Virus record (IMG/VR): IMGVR_UViG_2690316233_000003
Strand: one strand, 5' to 3'
DNA length: 10,933 nucleotides
DNA from: a virus
Lineage: Duplodnaviria; Heunggongvirae; Uroviricota; Caudoviricetes
In this document: positions 6,815 through 10,933 of the stretch, one piece after another
Layout: each line of letters opens with the position of its first letter
Position numbering within the stretch: position 1 is the first letter of the stretch
Notes under the pieces: model-generated
Database searches by the model: none
What the model saw: only the letters and a program-made list of their open reading frames with translations
What the model was told of the DNA's origin: nothing
Position numbers and translations under genes: made by a program

Positions 6815-7141
6815 ATGGATGCACAAACACGCCGCCGCGAACGTCGCGCAGAGAAGCAGACTCAATGGAAAGCAGCAAATCCCCTGTTGGTTGGGGTAAG
6901 CGCAAAACCAGTTAACCGCCCAATTCTCTCGCTGAATCGCAAACCGAAATCACGAGTAGAAAGCGCACTGAATCCGATAGACCTTACGGTGCTGGCTGAA
7001 TACCAAGAACAGATTGAAAGCAACCTGCATCGTATTGAGCGCAAGAATCAGCGCACATGGTACAGCAAGCCACGCAGTGAAATGGGTGTGACTTGTGTTG
7101 GTCGCCAGAAAATTAAATTAGGCAGCAAACCACTTATTTGA
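6815..7141 (+). CDS. N: antitermination protein N (lambda-type)
   Basis: Translation MDAQTRRRERRAEKQTQWKAANPLLVGVSAKPVNRPILSLNRKPKSRVESALNPIDLTVLAEYQEQIESNLHRIERKNQRTWYSKP... carries the arginine-rich boxB-binding motif and is near-identical to lambda N from memory. SD AAGGAG at 6803-6808. Confidence 0.95.
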   Translation: MDAQTRRRERRAEKQTQWKAANPLLVGVSAKPVNRPILSLNRKPKSRVESALNPIDLTVLAEYQEQIESNLHRIERKNQRTWYSKPRSEMGVTCVGRQKIKLGSKPLI

Positions 7142-7151
7142 GGACTGATAC

Positions 7152-7394
7152 ATGAGAGTAAAAACTATGGGCGCAAGCCCATTAAGCGGTCGTATTTTTC
7201 AAGGAACATTAAACACTGAAAAAGGAATGTGGGTAGGAAAGAAAGAAGATGTCACCGAACAGGCAGTTAAGGCAGTAGCTGAACACATGATGATAAAAGA
7301 CCAGAAATATGCATACGAAACGAAGGATGGCAAATGGCTGATAATAAGTCATCAAATAGTTGATAAATTACCAGAAGAGTTTATTGCTGATTAA
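7152..7394 (+). CDS. hypothetical protein (80 aa), first gene of the AT-rich accessory block after N
   Basis: ATG 7152 with GAGGA 8 nt upstream. Visibly AT-richer than the flanking conserved genes. No recognisable motif. Confidence 0.55.
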   Translation: MRVKTMGASPLSGRIFQGTLNTEKGMWVGKKEDVTEQAVKAVAEHMMIKDQKYAYETKDGKWLIISHQIVDKLPEEFIAD

Positions 7395-7425
7395 AATTAT
7401 TTTGGCATAAACAACAGAGGCTAAC

Positions 7426-7722
7426 ATGGAATTTAAAGGTACTGAAGGTAAGTGGGAAATAATGATGGATGGCGATGAGATTAAAATCATCCAGGCAGAC
7501 TCTCTTGAAAATGGCACAGGCTGTCGTTCGTATATTGCAATCTGTGAGGAAGTTCAATGCATTGAAGATGCTAATCTAATAGCGGCAGCACCTGACCTTC
7601 TCGAAGCACTTCAGTTATTACTTAAGCAATCCCAAAATAGAACAACGACAACATATCCAGAATGGTATGGAGCTGTTAATAAAGGTCTCGCAGCAATCAG
7701 AAAAGCTCTTGGGGATAAGTAA
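7426..7722 (+). CDS. hypothetical acidic protein (98 aa) with C-terminal NLIAAAPDLLEAL motif
   Basis: ATG 7426 with AGAGG 5 nt upstream. Stop overlaps the next start (TAATG). I recall the AAAP(D/E)LLEAL motif from Ead/Ea22-like phage proteins; this is unverified. Confidence 0.6.
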   Translation: MEFKGTEGKWEIMMDGDEIKIIQADSLENGTGCRSYIAICEEVQCIEDANLIAAAPDLLEALQLLLKQSQNRTTTTYPEWYGAVNKGLAAIRKALGDK

Positions 7723-7910
7723 TGAAAGTAAAAATAACTGCTTCTAATACCAGTTTTGTTAGTGTTGGTGATATTACAGAAGTAATAACAAACCATGATG
7801 GAACACAAGTTATGTGGTCTGATTTTTGTAAAAGATATGAGCGAGTTAGTTGGTGTAAAAACGTATGGGGAGTCGAATACGAAGAATTACCTGAAATGCA
7901 TGACGAATAA
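7722..7910 (+). CDS. hypothetical small protein (62 aa)
   Basis: Translationally coupled to the upstream ORF (TAATG overlap); followed by a hairpin and an intrinsic terminator. Confidence 0.55.
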   Translation: MKVKITASNTSFVSVGDITEVITNHDGTQVMWSDFCKRYERVSWCKNVWGVEYEELPEMHDE

Positions 7911-8005
7911 GCACTGTGTATTCATTCCAACGAGTGAATACACGGAGCAATGTCGCTCGTAACTAAACAGGAGCCGACTTGTTCTGATTATTGGAAATCT
8001 TCTTT

Positions 8006-8033
8006 GCCCTCCAGTGTGAGGGCGATTTTTTAT
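8006..8033 (+). terminator. intrinsic terminator inside the pL operon (between the 62-aa and 122-aa genes)
   Basis: GCCCTC-cagtgt-GAGGGC stem-loop (8006-8023) followed by GATTTTTTAT. Confidence 0.6.
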
Positions 8034-8051
8034 CTGTGAGGATATGAACAG

Positions 8052-8420
8052 ATGTCAAACATCAAAAAATACATCATTGATTACGACTGGAAAGCATCAA
8101 TAGAAATTGAAATCGACCATGACGTAATGACAGAGGAAAAACTTCACCAGATTAATAATTTCTGGTCAGACTCTGAATACCGACTCAATAAACACGGTGC
8201 TGTATTAAATGCTGTATTAATCATGCTGGCGCAACATGCTCTGCTTATAGCAATTTCGCAAGACTTAAATGCATATGGTGTTGTTTGTGAGTTCGACTGG
8301 GATGATGGAAATGGTCAGGAAGGATGGCCTCCAATGGATGGTAGTGAAGGAATAAGAATTACCGATATCGATACATCAGGAATATTTGATTCAGATGATA
8401 TGACTATCAAAGCCGCCTGA
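8052..8420 (+). CDS. hypothetical strongly acidic protein (122 aa) in the slot preceding cIII
   Basis: ATG 8052 with GAGGA about 9 nt upstream. By my hand count about 23 Asp/Glu against 8 Lys/Arg, with a D-rich C-terminus (TDIDTSGIFDSDDMT). A GC hairpin (8409-8430) overlaps its stop. Confidence 0.65.
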   Translation: MSNIKKYIIDYDWKASIEIEIDHDVMTEEKLHQINNFWSDSEYRLNKHGAVLNAVLIMLAQHALLIAISQDLNAYGVVCEFDWDDGNGQEGWPPMDGSEGIRITDIDTSGIFDSDDMTIKAA

Positions 8421-8495
8421 GCGCGGCTTTACCGCATACCAATAATGCTTCACGAGAGGCATTTTCGTTATGCAATCAAATATAAGGAGTTACCC

Positions 8496-8630
8496 ATGAT
8501 GCACTTTCAGCTCGCGGGTAGCGGCGTCATGTCCGCTTTCTACCCGCACGAATCTGAATTATCACGCCGAGTTAAACAATTAATCAGAGCAGCAAAGAAA
8601 CAACTGGAGGCGTTATGCGCAATGAAATAG
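8496..8630 (+). CDS. cIII: CIII-like protein (FtsH inhibitor family; P22 C3 position)
   Basis: AAGGAG at 8484-8489, ATG at 8496. Translation MMHFQLAGSGVMSAFYPHESELSRRVKQLIRAAKKQLEALCAMK; the central amphipathic helix resembles lambda CIII (PSESLLERITRKLRDGWKRLIDIL). The track start 8445 lacks an SD. Confidence 0.7.
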   Translation: MMHFQLAGSGVMSAFYPHESELSRRVKQLIRAAKKQLEALCAMK

Positions 8631-8767
8631 CCATCAATCACCAGATGCTTCGTGCTGCACAGAACAAAGCAGTAATAGCCAGATTTATTGGTGATTCCAA
8701 AATGTGGCTTGAAGCAAATAAAGCGATGAAATCAGCTATCAACCTTCCGTGGTATCGCAGGAAATGA
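8615..8767 (+). CDS. kil: Kil-like small protein (50 aa; host cell-division inhibitor family)
   Basis: Not in the track. GGAGG at 8606-8610, ATG at 8615. Translation MRNEIAINHQMLRAAQNKAVIARFIGDSKMWLEANKAMKSAINLPWYRRK shares the I-A-x-F-I-G-D-x-K-M...EA motif I recall from lambda Kil. Position between cIII and arf/erf matches P22. Confidence 0.6.
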   Translation: MRNEIAINHQMLRAAQNKAVIARFIGDSKMWLEANKAMKSAINLPWYRRK

Positions 8768-8922
8768 GTTTTACAGATAACTGGTCAGACGAAGAATTCA
8801 TTCGTCAGATGAAAGAATTAATCGGTAACGAAGGAGATATTCATGTCACTTGCAACCACAGTGAAGGAGAGCAAGTTACAGAGACGCATGTACACGCAGA
8901 AGGCTCTCTGGTATCGCCATAA
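8764..8922 (+). CDS. small protein (52 aa) at the Arf position upstream of erf
   Basis: Not in the track. ATGA overlap with the kil stop. Translation MSFTDNWSDEEFIRQMKELIGNEGDIHVTCNHSEGEQVTETHVHAEGSLVSP. Assignment is by synteny with P22 (kil-arf-erf) only. Confidence 0.45.
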   Translation: MSFTDNWSDEEFIRQMKELIGNEGDIHVTCNHSEGEQVTETHVHAEGSLVSP

Positions 8923-9023
8923 TGGTGACCGCGAAGGAATGCGGGTATGCCTTAACTTGTCCCGAGTCGAAGTATTAAATCAGCGTTATTTCCTTGGGCC
9001 GTGTCCATTCTGAGAACAATCAT

Positions 9024-9629
9024 ATGAGCAAAGAATTTTACGCAAGACTGGCAGCTATTCAGGAGAATCTGAACGCGCCAAAGAATCAATACAACTCATT
9101 CGGCAAATATAAATACAGAAGCTGCGAAGACATTCTTGAGGGTGTTAAGCCGTTACTGAATGGCCTGTTTTTATCAATCAGCGATGAAGTTGTGTTGATT
9201 GGTGATCGGTATTACGTGAAAGCCACGGCAACTATTACCGATGGCGAAAACAGTCATACGGCAACCGCTCTTGCACGAGAGGAAGAAAGCAAGAAAGGAA
9301 TGGATTCTGCACAAGTTACGGGAGCCACAAGCTCTTATGCACGCAAGTACTGCCTCAATGGTTTGTTCGGCATTGATGATGCGAAAGATGCAGATACCGA
9401 CGAGCATAAACATCAGCAGAACGCAGCAGCAAAGCAATCAAAACCATCACCTACACCTGAACAGGTTCTAAAAGCATTCACTGACGCAGCATTGCAGAAA
9501 AACACCGTAGAAGAGCTTAAACAGGCGTTCGCCAAAGCGTGGAAGATGCTCGAAGGCACACCTGAGCAGCACAAAGCGCAGGACGTTTACAACATCAGAC
9601 GAGACGAATTAGAAGGAGCGGCTGCTTAA
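9024..9629 (+). CDS. erf: Erf (essential recombination function, single-strand annealing protein)
   Basis: Translation MSKEFYARLAAIQENLNAPKNQYNSFGKYKYRSCEDILEGVKPLLNGLFLSISDEVVLIGDRYYVKATATITDGENSH... matches my recollection of P22 Erf. The track start 8994 is a TTG; the ATG at 9024 is preferred. Confidence 0.8.
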   Translation: MSKEFYARLAAIQENLNAPKNQYNSFGKYKYRSCEDILEGVKPLLNGLFLSISDEVVLIGDRYYVKATATITDGENSHTATALAREEESKKGMDSAQVTGATSSYARKYCLNGLFGIDDAKDADTDEHKHQQNAAAKQSKPSPTPEQVLKAFTDAALQKNTVEELKQAFAKAWKMLEGTPEQHKAQDVYNIRRDELEGAAA

Positions 9630-10012
9630 TGGCACATTCGATTACTGTAAGACTAAACAAGCCCGCAAGAGAGTTTCAGGCCGGGGAAAATATCGGATTC
9701 AACATCCGTGCTGGCGTTCAGTATTACGATCGCCAGACAAAAAAGAAAGAATGGACAAACTACAGCGCCGTTGTATTTGCCAAGCCGGGAGAGCAAGCGG
9801 ATTACTACCGTAGTGTTCTTGTTGAAGGTGGCATTGTAGAAATTACCGGAGAAAACATCAGGGTTGATGTTTATCAGGGGCAAAATGGTCAATCAATCAC
9901 TCTTGAATTACTGAATGCAAAGATTGGATTTGCAACTTCAGGAAACAGCCCGCAGCAGCAAAGTAGTAACCAGCAGAACACTCCTGTATACGACGATTCC
10001 ATCCCATTCTGA
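9629..10012 (+). CDS. SSB-like single-stranded DNA-binding protein (127 aa)
   Basis: TAATG overlap with the erf stop. Gln/Ser-rich linker and C-terminal acidic tail ...YDDSIPF, resembling the bacterial SSB tail (DDDIPF). Sits immediately after the annealing protein. Confidence 0.65.
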   Translation: MAHSITVRLNKPAREFQAGENIGFNIRAGVQYYDRQTKKKEWTNYSAVVFAKPGEQADYYRSVLVEGGIVEITGENIRVDVYQGQNGQSITLELLNAKIGFATSGNSPQQQSSNQQNTPVYDDSIPF

Positions 10013-10035
10013 TTCAGAAAAATAAGGATTTAATT

Positions 10036-10332
10036 ATGCCAGCGCCTCTGTATGGTGCGGATGACCCGCGCCGCTGTTCCGGCAATTCCGTATCGGAGGT
10101 GCTGGATAAATTCAGAAAAAACTACGACCTGATAATGTCGCTACCGCAGGAAACGAAAGAGGAAAAGGAATTTCGCCATTGTATATGGCTTGCAGAGAAA
10201 GAAGAACGCGAGCGAATTTACCAGACATCAATCCGACCATTCCGCAAAGCCACATATACCCACTTCCCTGAATATATCGATCCGCGCCTGCGTAATTACC
10301 GCTCACGCTATGGCGCTATCAGTAATGACTGA
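10036..10332 (+). CDS. hypothetical 98-aa protein, possibly Abc2-like (anti-RecBCD)
   Basis: AAGGA SD upstream of the ATG at 10036. Size (98 aa) and position next to the erf module match P22 Abc2; sequence identity is not verified from memory. Confidence 0.45.
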   Translation: MPAPLYGADDPRRCSGNSVSEVLDKFRKNYDLIMSLPQETKEEKEFRHCIWLAEKEERERIYQTSIRPFRKATYTHFPEYIDPRLRNYRSRYGAISND

Positions 10333-10342
10333 GGAATTCACC

Positions 10343-10507
10343 ATGAGAGGACTTGCATACAATCCCGGCATTCTTCCGGCAGAAATGATTATTCGCCAAC
10401 GCGTAAAGCCAATGCCATCGAGAGAGGAATTGCTTAAGAGAAATTCTTTTCCATCAGTGAATCAAAACAAATATCTGAATGCGATGTGGCGGAGTGGGAA
10501 AAAATGA
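10343..10507 (+). CDS. hypothetical small protein (54 aa)
   Basis: GAGG 8 nt upstream of the ATG at 10343; stop overlaps the next ATG (ATGA at 10504-10507). Not in the track as a separate ORF (it is the C-terminal part of track ORF 10190-10507). Confidence 0.4.
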   Translation: MRGLAYNPGILPAEMIIRQRVKPMPSREELLKRNSFPSVNQNKYLNAMWRSGKK

Positions 10508-10933
10508 AACAAATGACACTAATTGAGATGGATGGATTTCTGAAAGGTAAATGCATCCCCCGAGATTTAAAGGTTAACGAAACAAACGCTGAATATCTTG
10601 TCCGTAAGTTTGGTGAACTTGAATCAAAACTAGAAACGGCGTTGCGGGAGTGTCGTTCTGCTGGAATCACGATTGACAACCTTGAGGCTAAGTGCGCAGC
10701 GCTGGCTGCTGAGAATGCAGAGCTGAAAGAATCTGAGCGTGAGTTCGATAAGATGTGCGCCGAAGAATTTGGACCCGACTGGGTTAGTGAGTTCACTGAA
10801 ACACCAGCCACCGACGCCTTCCTGGCTGAAGTGAGGGCGCAGGGTGTGGAGATGTTCTCAGAAAAATTCGGAGGTGGCACTCCGCTATCCAATATGGTCA
10901 AAGAGGTTGCGGCTGATTTTGCGGCGAAGCTTC
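10504..10933 (+). CDS. hypothetical protein, 5' partial (at least 143 codons, runs off the window end), predicted helical/coiled-coil
   Basis: Open plus-strand frame from the ATG at 10504 to the window end: [81 protein letters not shown]... Same strand and coupling as the upstream operon; the opposing track ORF 10434-10901 is Ser-rich low complexity. Confidence 0.5.
   Translation, partial: MKQMTLIEMDGFLKGKCIPRDLKVNETNAEYLVRKFGELESKLETALRECRSAGITIDNLEAKCAALAAENAELKESEREFDKMCAEEFGPDWVSEFTETPATDAFLAEVRAQGVEMFSEKFGGGTPLSNMVKEVAADFAAKL

Noticed and set aside
8409-8430. Hairpin AAAGCCGC-ctgagc-GCGGCTTT overlapping the stop of the 122-aa gene, considered as a terminator
   Set aside because: Only three T residues follow and they are part of the stem; cIII, kil and erf lie directly downstream and must be transcribed. 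At most a weak attenuator, so not listed as a feature.
9174-9471. Overlapping track ORFs inside erf (87 aa on the minus strand, 76 aa on the plus strand)
   Set aside because: Alternative frames of the well-supported erf gene.
10434-10901. 155-aa minus-strand ORF
   Set aside because: Ser-rich, low-complexity translation typical of the antisense strand of a real gene. The plus-strand frame is operon-consistent and translationally coupled.

Overview
This window is the early-gene core of a lambdoid (lambda/P22-type mosaic) prophage, in the reverse of the conventional lambda map orientation. All identifications are from reading the sequence and recalling lambda/P22 proteins; no database search was run. 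Minus strand (rightward operon), high to low coordinate: pR, cro-like, nutR, cII (lambda-type), a 90-aa insert ORF, an O-like initiator with the origin iterons inside it, a DnaB-type helicase, a terminator, four small unknown genes, then ninB, ninE, a 127-aa insert, ninF and the start of ninG. Plus strand (leftward operon): a cI-type repressor (novel N-terminal domain, lambda-type C-terminal domain), terminator, pL/OL, nutL, a small ORF inserted just upstream of N, N (lambda-type), an AT-rich four-gene accessory block in the ral/sieB slot, then cIII, kil, arf-like, erf, an SSB-like protein, an Abc2-like protein and two further small ORFs. No rRNA, tRNA, CRISPR array or transposon was seen. The best candidates for undescribed biology are the accessory block between N and cIII (7152-8420), especially a strongly acidic 122-aa protein, and the small ORF occupying the N leader.
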